A DNA stretch of 64,000 nucleotides from Octopus sinensis. Lineage: Eukaryota. The position numbers were made by a program, and so were the translations under genes. Location of the stretch: contig NC_042997.1 of NCBI RefSeq assembly GCF_006345805.1, positions 67,580,001 to 67,644,000 of the forward strand, given 5' to 3'. How positions within the stretch are numbered: the stretch's first letter is position 1; the number at the start of each line of letters is the position of its first letter. The notes under the pieces are model-generated. The model saw only the letters and a program-made list of their open reading frames with translations. It was not told where the DNA came from and made no database searches. This document shows positions 26,545 through 40,410 of the stretch, one piece after another.

Positions 26545-27732
26545 TGTCCATTTGTCTAAAAAAGTTAGGAAGTTTTTTCTCTTATTGTAATAAGTTAGTC
26601 ATTTCTTCTGCTAACTATTCAACTGGTAAAATATATATAACAAGGATTCTCCAACTAGTCAGAATGAAGTAAATAAGAAACCAGAAAAAAGAGAAACCAG
26701 TGATGCATTGGCAACAATCATTTAAAAAAGTTCATATATTTGGATAAATTTATAAGCCATGGGGAAACAAGAATATTGAGATTTCAAGCAAAGCTCTTCA
26801 GAGAAAATTTGATAAATGTTTATTGTAGCCTTGAGAGAAAGGTACATAGCCATTGTTGTGACATTTGAACTCACTGCCCTAAGTAAAATGTAATGGTAAT
26901 ACTGATTCTAATGATGATAGAAATGAAATTGCAAATATATGACAATCAATGAGTTACTGAAAAAGAATATATTAAAAAACATAAACCAGTGAATAAAAAT
27001 TAGTCTAGTTATGACAGCAGCCATAATATTCTTTCCATTGTTCAGCTTTCTAATTTCACTAATCCAGTTTAACTATTGCAATAATCCTAGTAATTAAATA
27101 TTCAGTATTTGAAGTGCACTAGAGAGCAGATATAAACTGTTAATTAGGTGGCCAAAGTGTCAGTGGTGGAGTCAGTGCCAAAGAACTGACAATGATACCT
27201 GTGTTAGATGCTCTGTCAATAAGTAACTTTGTTGAACTCTAATTGAGATTGGAGATAGCCTGGCTACTTGTCACGAAATACAAGTCTTCTATTATATTAC
27301 TTACTTCAATCATTAACCCATAGTTATGCTGGGGTATTACCCTCTAGAATATTACTGGTTGTGTCAAGTCCAATACTTATTTTATCAACCCATTGATCCA
27401 CCCACATGCCCAAAGAGTGAAAAACAACATTGATCTGGATAGGATTTCAACTAAAGAGCACAAAGAGATCTTAATAAATACCATGCTCCACTGATTCTAT
27501 CAACCTGCTGGTATATAGATTAGCAATGTAAGCTTTATGAATAGCAAAACACAAACAAAAAATTAAAATGTAGATACAGAACTCTAGTAATAAATAAGGA
27601 ACAGTAACTAATTGCTGAAAGTAACTTGGAGTTAATGGTTAAAAATTAAAAATTTCACAAGTTGTTGCTCAATATCATGAAACTGTTGTGACTGATAAAA
27701 TCAGTACAAACCATCGTTCCCATAACAATGTG

Positions 27733-27770
<38 letters not shown>

Positions 27771-27774
<4 letters not shown>

Positions 27775-28150
27775 GATATATGGATGCGAGACCTGGACAT
27801 TAAAGAAAGCTGACCAGAAGAGAATTAATGCATTCAAGCTTTGGTGTTGGAGAAGACTTTTGAGGATTCCATGGACAGTGAAGCAGATAAGGTCGAAAAT
27901 GTCGCTAGAAGCTGGGATCACCAAGCGTAGATTGGCATATTTCGGTCATATTATGCGGAGAAAATCCCTGGAGAAGGACATCATGCTCGGAATGGTCAGT
28001 GGCAAGAGAGGAAGAGGCCGACCAAGAACCCGCTGGCTTGACACCATCAGGAGTGATACCGGAATGGAAGCGGCCCAGGATAGAACTGACTGGAGGACAC
28101 TGATCCAACGAGTGACCAAGAGTCGACTTCGACTGAGCGGATAGAGAGAG
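27771..28150 (+). mobile_element. RTE (BovB-like) LINE 3' fragment inserted at (TA)n
   Basis: IYGCETWTLKKADQKRINAFKLWCWRRLLRIPWT...LAYFGHIMRR...GKRGRGRPRTRWLD. Confidence 0.88.
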
Positions 28151-28195
28151 AGATACACAATAAAACTTACTTGGAAAAGGATGCGTGGCGTTCGA

Positions 28196-28715
28196 TCATA
28201 TAATAATATAAATAATATATAAATATATGCATATATACATACATATATGTACATACCTACATATGTATATATACATGCATATATGGGTACATGACATCGA
28301 AAAAACATTGAACACAATGAGAAATGAAAACATAAAAACAAAAACATAGAGAACGAACATTTTTTCAAACAACGGAAAAAACAGAGAAACAAGACATGCA
28401 ACATAAAGAATATTCCCCTTCATCAGTTGTCCCTGTTTCATCTTCTCTGCATTTTGAAGACAAGGACAATGCGGAGTAGATGAAAGAGGGATAACTGTTG
28501 AAGGGGAATATTCTTTATGTTGCATGTCTCGTTTCTCTGTTTGTCTTTTTTCGTTGTTCGAAAAAAAGTTTATTCTCTATGTTTTTATTTTTATGTTTTC
28601 GTTTCTCATTGTGTTCAATGTTTTTTTTATGTCATGTACCCATATATGCATGTACATATATGTATGTAGGTATGTACATATATGTATGCATATATTTATA
28701 TTATAGGATATATAT
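28196..28715. repeat. Fold-back element with about 250-bp inverted arms
   Basis: 28200-28453 is the approximate reverse complement of 28468-28710, with a 14-nt loop at 28454-28467. This explains the mirror-image ORFs in the track. Confidence 0.92.
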
Positions 28716-28839
28716 ATATATATATATATTGTTGTGTCTGGAGAGAGTCATAGTGCCAAAATTTGTTTCAACACACAAATTCACATAAGGAATCTTGCAA
28801 ACCAGATACAAAAACAATATATATATAACTATGGATTAA

Positions 28840-29930
28840 CTAGAGAAGAAATTTTAGGTGTGGAAGCAAGGTCTGGAATCAAAGGGCCTTGCAGTTAATT
28901 TAGCAAAGACCAAAGTCTTAGTAAGTAGGAAAACAGACAAATCACAAATCTCTTCAGAGAGATGGCCCTACTTGATATGTAGAAAAAGTGTAGGTAGAAA
29001 CGTGATAAGGTGTACCGAGTGCAAGCTATGGACACATAAGACAAGCAGCAGTATCACAAGAAGGTTAACAGTGAAAGTAGTCTTTGTGTGTGACAAATGT
29101 GTAGGTACAATAACCATTGAGAATGTACAGAAAATAGACTGTTAAATGCTTGGGGTGATACTAGCTTCTATTACCTAGGTGACCAAATCATCAGTAGAGG
29201 GGGATACTCTGAAAGTGTAGCTGCTAGAATAAGAATGGGCTGAGCGAAGTTCAGAGAGCTTCTATCTTTGTTGGTAACAAAGGGTCTCTCCCTCAGAGTG
29301 AAAGGTAAAGTGTATGATGCCTGTATGAACAGCCATGCTACATGACAGTGAAACATGAGCTGTGACTGCAGAGGACATGCAATAGCTTGAAAGAAATTAA
29401 GCTAGTATACTTTACTGGATGTGCAATGTCAGTGTGCACACACAAGAGTCTAAGTGTCTTAAGAGAAAAATTGAGTATAAGAGGCATCAGACTTAGTGTG
29501 CAAGAGAGAAGACTGCACTGGTATGGTCATGTGATACATATGGACAAGGACAGCTGTGTAAAGAAGTGCTGATCTGTACCTGTGGAGGGAGCCTGTGAAA
29601 GAGGTAGACCCAGGAAAAATGGGATGAGGAGGTGAAATATGATCTTTGGAAGTTGAGCCTCATGGAGGTGATGACAAGTGGCTGAGACTTTTGGCAATTT
29701 TTTGTGCTTGGGATGACATGTTAAGCTAAATGAAATTGTAGTCGTGGTTAGTGCTATGTGAAGGGCACTTGTGCCAGTGACACATAAAAGTGATTGACAT
29801 TAGGAAGGGCATCCAACTGTAGAAACCAGGCCAAAACAGACTAAAGCCTGGTACAGCTCTCTGGCTCAAAAATCCCCGTCATGCCATCTTACTCATGCCA
29901 GCATGGAAAACAGATGCTACATGATGATGA
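28840..29930 (+). mobile_element. Decayed RTE LINE 3' fragment
   Basis: WKQGLESKGLAVNLAKTKV, a Cys-rich insert (CRKSVGRNVIRCTECKLWTHK), VQERRLHWYGHV, and a tail ending gatgatgatg. Confidence 0.88.
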
Positions 29931-30179
29931 TGCACACACACACACACAATGGGAGAAATTTAATAGAAAATGCTGGGGTCAAAATTGCAAGTGACATTAT
30001 ACTTTAGTGTAAAAAAAGATAAGAGGATAAAATATATTACAGGTTTTAAGGTACAAATGTATGGGCCACGTTATATTAGTAAATGCACTAATTGCATTCT
30101 ACTAAAACATGCTAATGGGAAATGGTATAAACATCTAGAGATTAGGGTGTTCTAAAAATGTCAGTCTACAAAATTTGGG

Positions 30180-31270
30180 GATGGAAATGTTTCTGTTGAA
30201 TAGACAAGCACTTTTCACAATCATTGGAGCGCAAAGCACTTCTCATGAACTCAGTTCATGAGATGGTTGTGATCTGTAAACAGTTTTGAGCAGGAACTGG
30301 AAAAAGAATGACCACTCAATGCGCATGTGCACAATGAATTCGTAAAATGGAAGAGAAGAATAAAAATGATATGTGCATGTCAAAATAAAACAGAAGAGAA
30401 AAATAAAAACACAATGTCAAACAAGACATATGATGGTTCTCATGCCACTTCTAACACCATTATCACACAGCTTTGCTGCAATTTTCATGTTTTAAGTTGA
30501 GTACAGATATTAGTTTTCACCAATTATGTCAGGATCTCTGGCAACAAGCAATCAAGTACAATCAAACTGGGATGCAAAATGAGCATCAAGATATATTTTT
30601 TTTCTTCAGCCATTTAGATCAATTTCCACAGGATTTGGGAGACATCATTGAGAAAATACCACCAAGAAATGAAGGTAATAGAAGAGCAATATCAAGGGAG
30701 ATGGGATGTGGATGTGATGGCTGATTACTGTTGAAATATAAAAATGGACTACACAATGTTAAAACATTCAAGGATGTCGAAGAAACAGAGATTTATTCCT
30801 TCATAATGACATTTGACATTTTTAAGAGATATGTCACAGGCATATAATTTGCAGATTTAGTTGTGTTTAAGATTTTGTACCAATAGAATAGAATGACCCC
30901 AGGCCTCCTTTTGTAACATCTCAATTTCTGGTCAAAATCTTATTACAATTAAACTATCTATCTACCAAATCAGCGATATTCATAATTTTACTATACTTTA
31001 TGCAAGGGAAGAGTAATAATGAAACATTTTTTGCATTTTGGCTCACTGCTCCAAAATTAAAATTAGAATATAAAATCAAGGAAAATTGCATTTTTTGTGA
31101 AAAATCATGGTAGTGCGTATACAAAGACCCTGACATGATTGGTGAAAACAAATAGCATATCTGGATTCAGCTTGAAAAAATGCTTCAGAAACACTTGTCT
31201 ATTCAACAGAAAAATTTCCTTCCTCAAATTTTGTAGACCAATAACTATTGTTCCAAACAGAAAACAAAGG
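30180..31270 (+). mobile_element. Decayed DNA-transposon remnant, superfamily not assigned
   Basis: Frameshifted HLDQFPQDLGD..E....HQEMKVIEEQYQGRWDVDVMADYC motif at about 30610-30735, recognised from memory as a recurrent invertebrate transposase-like C-terminus. Confidence 0.55.
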
Positions 31271-31379
31271 ATATATGAAAATCATTAACAGAAAATGTTT
31301 AAACATAATTATTACTTGGATTGGTAGTTATCGGTCAGATAACTATCACAGTATATGCTGATGGAACTTCCCTGACCAT

Positions 31380-32100
31380 ATATTAAATCAAGTATGTGCA
31401 AAGGTTTGGCTTTGTCCTTGCCATGCTTTCTCCTCTTCATCAATGGCCTATTTTCTCTCTCCAAAAACCCCCAGTCATACACTGATGACACCACCCTTGA
31501 TTTTTCATTAACCTCTTACACCTATGCATCATCCACATCTAACTTAGATCTCCAACCAAAACTACACTGATTTCGTAAGCAATGACCTGAAAAACATCCT
31601 CCAATGAAGTGATGTCAATACTGTCTCCATCAACAGCACAAAGATACAATCACTGCTCCTATCAAGAACACAAACCACCCTCTCTAAACACAAATAGTAG
31701 GCAACTAAAACCCACTAGGTCACTATAAATGCTACACCTTACCCTCATTGAGTTCTCCAGGAAAACTCAACATAGTAAAGACTATCCTTCTTCTTTAAAA
31801 CCAGAAAATACTTCAGACCCCATCAACTAATTCTCTACAAAGCTAAAGTGTAACTCACAATAGAGTACTGTTCACACATTTGAGACTATGCTGCTGCTAC
31901 ACACAAGCATCACAAACACTATCCAACTTCTAGCCCACAGATGTGCTGACTCTTTTCTGCATTTTCAACCACAGCTTCAATGGCTTCTACTTGGAGCAGG
32001 CTGATCTTGGGCTATTACTACTCAGACACTCCTGATTCAGTCACCTCTTCTCCAACTGTCATCCTTATTGTTTCAACCTACTGAAGCTTCACACATATAA
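31380..32100 (+). mobile_element. CR1/L2-like RT remnant
   Basis: tacactgatgacaccaccc (Y.DDTTL) followed by a NDLKNILQWSDVNTVSINSTK-like reading. Confidence 0.55.
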
Positions 32101-35100
32101 TATGTCCAGCCCGTCTTCTCCAAAACATCAACACACACAACCACACAAGTTGCTGCACTGTTTCTCTCTACCAAATTTCACTCACAGTGCTTTGGTCAAC
32201 CTACCTTATACTAGAAGACATTTGCTGAAAGTTCAGCACAATAGGATCAAATCTACATATTTGCAAAGTGTACCTCTTAATCATATGGACATGTATCTGT
32301 TATAGGCATAAATTTTATAAAGTTGTTAGTGGGTTGTTGAGATGAAAAATCAAACCTTGTTAGCAACATTGGAAGTAAGAACTAATTGGTACCAGTAAGT
32401 TCATCAATCAAGCATCAAGAGTATTATTCCCTTCTTACCAACAAAATCATAGAACATCAGATACGAAAATCTGATGTTCTTTAATGACTAAAGAACACAA
32501 GAAGAGCTAGTCCTGAAAGTAAAGTGATGTACAAGCACGCTTAAAACATCCACTTGCACCACATTCTGTCAACACAAAAAAATGAACTATAGATTATACC
32601 AGTAATGTCTGCATTCTCAATCTCTTCTTGATTATTTAAAAAATTAATTGAAACATCAATTCTACCAATGATAACTGCTGAGAACAGGAAATTATCATGC
32701 TCTGAGTCCACCTTACCCATCTCTCCTGTGGCCACCAGTGGCATATAAAGAAAGTCGAACAGGAGTGCCACATGGCATTCTATATGTGATAAGCCATTGC
32801 TGTCTGATGTGTAGTAAGATCCTCTGTTCAACACAGACATACTATATCTGGGACAGTGGATCTGTGGATCACACCTGCCATTTGACTTTTTTTTTTATGT
32901 TTATAGAGCTACTCGTTGTAGTAAAAGACTTTGTTTATAACAATGACAACTAAGGCCTCATTAAGATTTTGTCAGAAAATTATGTAAATTGAGGTGTTAG
33001 AATGGAACATTTTCAAAAGCCAGATCAAAATTAGATGTCATGTGATTTATGTAGTAAATAAACAATTTAATACTACAGTTTAAATGAAATTCAGCAAAGC
33101 TAAGTGAAGTTGTCTGTGGTAGAATTAGTGGTGTTGAGTAGGCCTGAACAGCTCATCAGTACTTAATTTAGTTAGGGAACATACTAGACACTCCATTAAA
33201 TAATGCCTGCTGTGTGAATAATACTATGGTAGTCAGAGTGTAGAGAACCTGCAAAGGTCATGGGAACAATCCCGTCCTTCTGACTAAAACTATTAAAAAA
33301 ACGTTTTGCAGTTTACTTTGTTCAGAGACGTTCCAAGGCATTAGTAATGTTATAATAAAACCATTTCCACAAAATCATCTTAAATGTCTTATATATTAAT
33401 TCATGTAATATAAAAGATAGAAAATATTAAAAAGAAATTGAACAAAAGTAAAAATAGTCATATATACACAATAAAAGACTGTGAAAATGTGAAGCTGTAC
33501 CACTCCCAATTCTGAGAGCTGTTCCAAGAAAAATGTTATAAAAATGGTAACTAGAGTAAGAAATAAGACAAGAGGAAAACATGAGAAGTTGGGTAAATGC
33601 AGATCTTAAACTGGTTATGATAGAATATAAGTTACAAATGAATATACTAACATTATTGATGGTATTGATAAAAGAGAGTAAACCAGCTAGACAAAGAAGC
33701 ATCTGAGAACTAATACATACATATATACATTATAAATAACTGTTGGTAAAAACAATGTTAGACTGGCCAAAAAAAAATATTTTGAAACAACTGGTTTTCT
33801 ATACAAAATTGTATCAGCATATGTCAGTACATACACATCACTATATATTGCCATATAACAGTAAAAAGACTAAATATAAAAGCAATACAACAGAAACCAT
33901 CATATGATTATAAAAAGAAATAAACACTATTTAATACTTAACCACCTGAAACGGTTTGTGGTCACACTATGAAACAAATATTCTATTTTAAGTTATATAG
34001 AACCTATGGTTGTATTACAAAATCAATTCAAAAGATAGTTTACATATTTTTCTAAACACCCTCAAAAGACTTGATTATCTGCACGACCCTGTTTGGATCA
34101 CTTTCACTCATTAAAATAAATGTATATCAACAGAAATTTACTAAATAAAACACCTAAGAACGTGACCTTGTTCTCTTTTTATCATTATCATTTGGCACTT
34201 TTTAATACGAGGTTCATGATCACTGCTTATAAATGATAACAGAGAAAAAGACATTTTCATAAAATCTAAAAGTACAGGGAAGCTGTTGTGAAATGACAAA
34301 TCAGGGAAACGAAATTTAGGTCAGCTACATTCTGAAATGCTTATAAGTGTAATATTATACACACATTCCCACCAAAACCATAATGGAAATCCTAATAATC
34401 TCCACAAAGCCAAACTGGATCCCATTATACAAAAGTGAGACAATTTGTAAGCCACTAGATATTTTATTTTGTTCTGCACCCCATTCTTATTGAAGAAATC
34501 TAACATGTATTTTTGGAAGAAAACCATATTCTTCATTATCATCAATATGGTTTTAATTTTTTTTTTAATAGCTTTGTCAGGAGAGGAAGGGCAGTGTTCA
34601 TAAACTTTTCCAAGGTCTCCAAGGCTGGTGGGAGAAAGATCTTGATAACCTCTAGATCAGAGACCAATTCTGAACACAACAGAGTGGATTCTAATGAAGG
34701 TACTAAAGGGTCAGATAGTGATATCAATTCAAACAATGGATTAAGTATATCACCCACCAAAGCTATAGTACATCAAGATTTGTTAGACGTCATCATCATC
34801 ATTTAAAATCCATTTTCCATCTGACATGGGTTGGACAGTTGACAGGAACTGGTAATTCCAGGGGCCAAACCAGGTTCAATAGTCTGTTTTGGTTTGGTTT
34901 CTACAGTTGGATGCCTTTTCTGCCAACCACTCCACAGAATGTACTAGATGCCTTTTATGTAACATCATCACAGGTGCTTTTTAAGTGGTACCAGGCAACT
35001 CTGAGATATTGATCAATTAATGAAAGAAATTCCAATAGATTTGTACATACAACATGAAAGGATGACTATGCTGAGTAAAAAAAATCAATACAAGCTGAGA

Positions 35101-36059
35101 AAAGTTACCCACTGTAAAGGAAGACATGAAATGTATTTAGATTTCATCTGAGAATGCTAGATGTCACACATTAAGATACTTGGTGAAACACTGCATTGTT
35201 GACTCGTGATATATATTATACATAGAAAATTGTAAAGAAAACTGAATGCACTCGAGAAATATTCAATATATGAGTTGAAGAGACCTAATATCGTATCCTT
35301 CAATGGGCTTAAATGCAAGGGTTGCAAACTAGAGCTTCAACACAACTCTTGTTTCTCCTTAGTCTTGCTCCACTATTAATTCCAAGCAACTTTTGTACCC
35401 TTTGTGTACAAATAGTCAGGCAACTAACACTGGAATTGTTTCCCCTGTTTCCATATTATTGTTAGAGCAACATCTAAGGCCAGAGGTATTCCAGTTGTAG
35501 CCATTCTTTTTTAAGGACATCCAGGACTACATTATTCCTTTCAGTTTTTAAGATAGAAGAGTGTGATTTAAGGGAGATGTGATTGCTATTTGTAATAGGT
35601 TGAGTGGCATTATAGGGGCTCCCTTGACACTTTTATTTAATAGACTAGCACAACAGTATATTTGATCTTGTAATCACATATAACCACTATACAGATTCTG
35701 TAAAATTGTAATGAGTTGCTCATAAAATTGTAGTGTCTTAGATGGGAGCTAACTTTAAATTGATATGAATTTCAACATATTTCCATTGAAAGTTTCTTAC
35801 AGTTAACATTATAGGGATTCCTTTAAAAAAATAAAAACAAAGGAAAAAGAAATACTATTATTCAAACTAATGAAAAAAATACTAGCTGTTTACCAGCAGA
35901 ATAAAGACATTTTTCTCCAAGCATCAGAACTTCATAAAGTAGAGGTGTTTCAGGTCTATGACCAACAGACTAGGCCCAATAAGCTAACTAAACAATTAGT
36001 GTCAATGATTTATAAATGAAAAATAAAATTGCATTATTTTATGTTTTTCTGACAAACTT

Positions 36060-38330
36060 CATATCAATATCCTTCTGCTCTTTTTGCCAAAAGGAACTCT
36101 GTACCAATTTTGCAGGAGGATGAAGCACTGGCAGTTACCAATACATTGAACAAAGCATACCACTTCACCCTTGGCTGCACCAATCTCATTGTTGCAGTTG
36201 ACTACAAACCTCTCTTGAAAGTATTTGGTAATTGCTGCCTGGATGACATCCTGAACTCTTGATTGCGCAACCCGAATGAAAAAAACTCTACGGTATAACT
36301 TCAGCATCATTCATGTACCAGGTACTCACCATGCAGCAACCAGCACTGTTGGAGAGCCCACACCACCAAACCTCCCAGACGATGTTGCCGACATGACCCA
36401 TCCAACTGAGCAACTCAGCCATCCGTCTCTATCAGAGTCTTTCCTAGCAACCATATGCTCTACCAGAGATGACAACACTACAACATTCTCTCACAACGAC
36501 TACATTTCACCGGTTATAGAGATCATCCAATCTGTCACATGGAACATGGTCCACACTGTTGCCACCAGTGACCCAAGCATGGTCAAACTCAAGGACACAA
36601 TCACAAAGGACCATTCCAAAGTCCCCCCAAAGTTGTAGCAGTACTACGAGTTTCGTGATGAACTCGCCAGCTTCAATGGAGTCATCCTGTATTGTGACAG
36701 GGTTGTCATGGCTACCTCCCTTTGCATGCAGGTCCTCAAGGCATTACACTCAGTGCATCAGGGTGTAACACAAATATATTCCAGAGCAAAGACATCCTTC
36801 TTCTAGCCAGGCATGACTCCAGTCATTATTGAAATGTAGGAATGCTGCTCAGCCTGCAACTGAATGGCACTCTCCCCATGCCTCCAATGAACCCTGCCTA
36901 CCCATTCCAAAGCCTGGTTGCCGATTACTTCCAGTACTATGGCCACCACTACCTCATAGCTGTGGACAGATACAGTAACTGGCCCTTCGTGGAGAAAGCA
37001 TCGAATGGCGCTGTGGGACTTATTGCTGCCCGACGCCACATCTTTGTGACATATGGCATCAGCAATGAACTGACATCAGATGGAAGACCAGAGTTTACTT
37101 CTCAGCAAATGGTCACCTTCGTCCATAATTGGGAAGTGCAACACAGAATTACCTCTGTTGCATTCCCCATGGCAAGCGCTGTGCCAAAATCAGTGTCAAG
37201 ACAATAAAGTGCCTCGCTACAGACAACACTGATGCGAATGGCTTCCTCAACACTGACAGTTTCCAACGCGACAATACAGAAATATACCTGACTGAGATAC
37301 ACACTTGTCCCCAGCCATGTGCATCTTTGGCCACCCAATATGAGACTTTATTCCCATCCATCCCAGCAAATACTAGTCATACTTAACATGTGTGAGACTA
37401 TGACTTCTAATGAAGAAGCCTTGTGTAACCACCACATGTGTGCTACTGAACGGTTGTCAGAATACATATGCCCACTTCCACTACTGACTGCTGGAGACTG
37501 TATCCGAATCAAGTTGGACCCAATCCTACCAAATGGAACAAAACTGGTGTCCTCATAGAGGTGTGCCAGTTCGATCGGTACGTAGTGAGAGTGGATGGCT
37601 GAGGCTGAGTCACTCTGCACAACAAAAAATTCCTCTAAAAGTATCTACCGGTTGTTCCTCATGCACCACCACTCATGGCCCCTGGATCACCTGCATTCCT
37701 GACATCAAAACCAATGATGAGACTACCTTCTCAACCCAGTTTAACAGATCTTCCTGTGGCTACACCACCCATGCCTCAGGCCTACCCAACACACCCACTT
37801 CCTGACACCAAGACCACCACAACCGGGAACCTATCTTCACCACCTACCCCTAGAGCCATGTCAACTTCCCCTACCTTCACTACTTCAGGATGTGCCACCA
37901 ATGGTAGTACCCTGAGAGCCCTTCAGGCCTTATAACCACACAACACCCCTGGCCTCCAAGAGCGACCCTTGCCTGATGCAGCTGATCCTCCGTCCAGCAA
38001 TTGCCCCATTCATCGCTCCGCCAGACTGGCAAAGACTGACATAAAAGCCTGATACACAACTGACACATTGCCCCTAGATCGTCACACCATCAATATTAAT
38101 TGTTTCTCACATTAATTATCCCATTTTCTTTAACCATTTACTACATATTATCAGTCTTCTTTGCTTCCCTCCAAAGACTTAGGGAGGGCATAGAGGATTA
38201 TAACTAAACACACATATATCATTTATTACTTTACATTCAATTCGCCGTACATTATTCATTGCATTATCTATCATCTTTTCCTTCAGATTTCAGGTATACT
38301 GAAGACCCTTTTTGTCATTGCTTCAATCTA
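36060..38330 (+). mobile_element. Gypsy LTR-retrotransposon pol remnant (RNase H end, integrase, GPY/F), with a possible PPT and start of the 3' LTR
   Basis: KKTLRYNFSIIHVPG, H..HQGV, PAYPFQSLVADYFQYYGHHYLIAVDRYSNWP, TSDGRPEFTS, GPNPTKWNKTGVLIEVCQFDRYVVRVDG. A purine tract AGGGAGGG is at 38181-38188. Many stops and frameshifts. Confidence 0.88.
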
Positions 38331-38389
38331 CGTAAAAAAAAGTGCTGGTGAAAGCTAAGAGTTGTCAGACTTAGTCTTGGTCACTTACC

Positions 38390-39350
38390 CTCGCCTCTGT
38401 GAGGCCCAACATTCAAAGATCATGCTTCACCACCTTGTCCTATATCTCCCTGGGTCTACCTCTTTCATAGGTTTCCTCCACAGTTACAGATCAGCACTTT
38501 TTGTACAAAGCTGTCTTCATCCATACCAGTGCAGTTGTCTCTCTTGCACACCACATCCGATGCCACTTATGAACAACTTTTATCTTTAGATGCTCATACA
38601 CTTCATTAGATGCACACACACTTCATTTTTTACAAGTCCTCAGCAGTCATAGTCCATGTTTCACTGCCGTATAGCATGGCTGTTCACACACAGGCATGAT
38701 ACAATCTGCCTTTCACTCTGAGGGAGAGGCTCTTAGTTACCATCAGAAGTAGGAGCACTCTGAACTTTGCCTAGCCTATTCTTATTCTAGCAGATATGCT
38801 CTCAGAGCAACCACCTCTGCTGCCGACTTGGTCACCTAGACAATGGAATCTATCAGCTACTTCTAGGTATCACCTCTGGCATTTGATGGAGTCTATTTTC
38901 CTGTATATTTCTAATGTTTATTGTACTTGTGCACCTGCCACAAAGACTATTTTTCCTGTTAACCTTCCTCTAATATTGCTGCACTTCTTGTGTGTCCATA
39001 GCTTGCATTGGGTGCATCTTATGGAGTTTATACCTATGCCTTTTTTACATATCGAGCAGGGCCGTCTGCTTGAAGGGATTTATGATTTGTCTTCTTTCCT
39101 ACTTACTAAGACTTTGGTTTTTGCTACATTTACTTTACAGTCCTTTGATTCTAGTCCTTGCTTTCACACCTGAAATTTCTTCTCTAGTGATTCAGTTATA
39201 AGAACAAAGTCATTAGCATAGAGGAACACCTAGGGACAGCTTGACTGAAATTCCTCTGTTATTGCCTGGAGGACTATGATGAATAAGAGGGGGTTGCGGA
39301 CTGATCCTTGGTGAACCCCTACTTGTACCCTGAACTCGTATGCCTATATA
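38390..39350 (-). mobile_element. RTE LINE RT fragment
   Basis: Reverse complement reads QVGVHQGSV..PLLFIIVLQAITEEF...LYAND (decayed YADD) followed by the same C-terminal motifs as the other copies. Confidence 0.85.
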
Positions 39351-40029
39351 TATATATATATATATATACACAAAAGCATATCCACAGAAGTGTGTCTCTT
39401 GACTTTGTTCCCTCATTACTTTCAGAAAAATGGATATTTTATAATTACATTATTTGCAAATGCCTTTTCAGGTGATTATATTGAAATTTAATGTGAAAAA
39501 AGATATGGTGGGTGCGCACACGTACATACTGACACATATAACATGAAGAGATTCAAATGAAACTTGAAATTATGAGAAAATTTATGTGATGCATGTTAGG
39601 GTATGAATGTGTGGCTTACTGTTTTTTTTTTTTTAATTCATATTAAACTCCGATATAGTCAAAATGTACAATCATCTTAAAACTATTTGTAGAAAATTTC
39701 ATTAAAAAATATCCATTTTTCTGAAAGTTATGAGGAAACAAAGTCGGGGAGGGGCACAACGTGAAAGTATGCACGCACGCACTATATATAAAGGGAAGAT
39801 TAATTAAATGTAATTAACTGGTTGACCCCCACCTACCACCCACCCAAGGAATTCTGGATGGTAATGAAAGAAGGATTAATAAGTACAATCTCGATGCAAT
39901 CGTTGTAAAATAATTTATGATTAGACATTTTAGGGAAAGAGTATTAGTTAATTGAATCGACTCTCGGCATCTTACGAGTACTTATTTCTAGCCCATTTGT
40001 TACCCTTTACGATAAAAAAATGTCAACTA

Positions 40030-40410
40030 TAGGCGCAGGCGTGACTGTGTGGTAAGTTTGCTAGTCAACCACATAGTGACACTTTAGGAAAGTATCGGTT
40101 AATGTTTACATCTTGACCCATTAACCAAAGTGTCTTCTACTATAGTGTCGGGTTGACCAAAGCCTTGTGAGTAGACACTTTAGACGGAAACTGAAAGAAG
40201 CCTGTCGTGTATGTGTCTTTGTCCTCCCCCATACACACCGCTTGGCAATCGGTGTTGGTGAGTTGAAGTCCCCATAATATAGTGGTTCGAGCAAAAGAAA
40301 CCTATAAAGTACCAGGCTTAAAAAGAAAATAGGTACTAGGGTCGATTCAATCGACTAAAATTCTTCAAGACCGTGCCTCAGCATGGACGCAGTCTAATGA
40401 CTGAAACAAA
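40030..40410 (+). mobile_element. tRNA-headed SINE copy retaining CpGs
   Basis: ggcgcaggcgtgactgtgtggtaag head and a tail matching the 23030 family. Confidence 0.8.

Noticed and set aside
27946-28788. Paired similar membrane-protein-like ORFs on opposite strands
   Set aside because: They are mirror translations of the two arms of a low-complexity fold-back.
33935-34800. piggyBac transposase remnant
   Set aside because: Only a TTAA-CC start and vague acidic or PLD-like readings were seen, in the wrong order, with no partner TIR.
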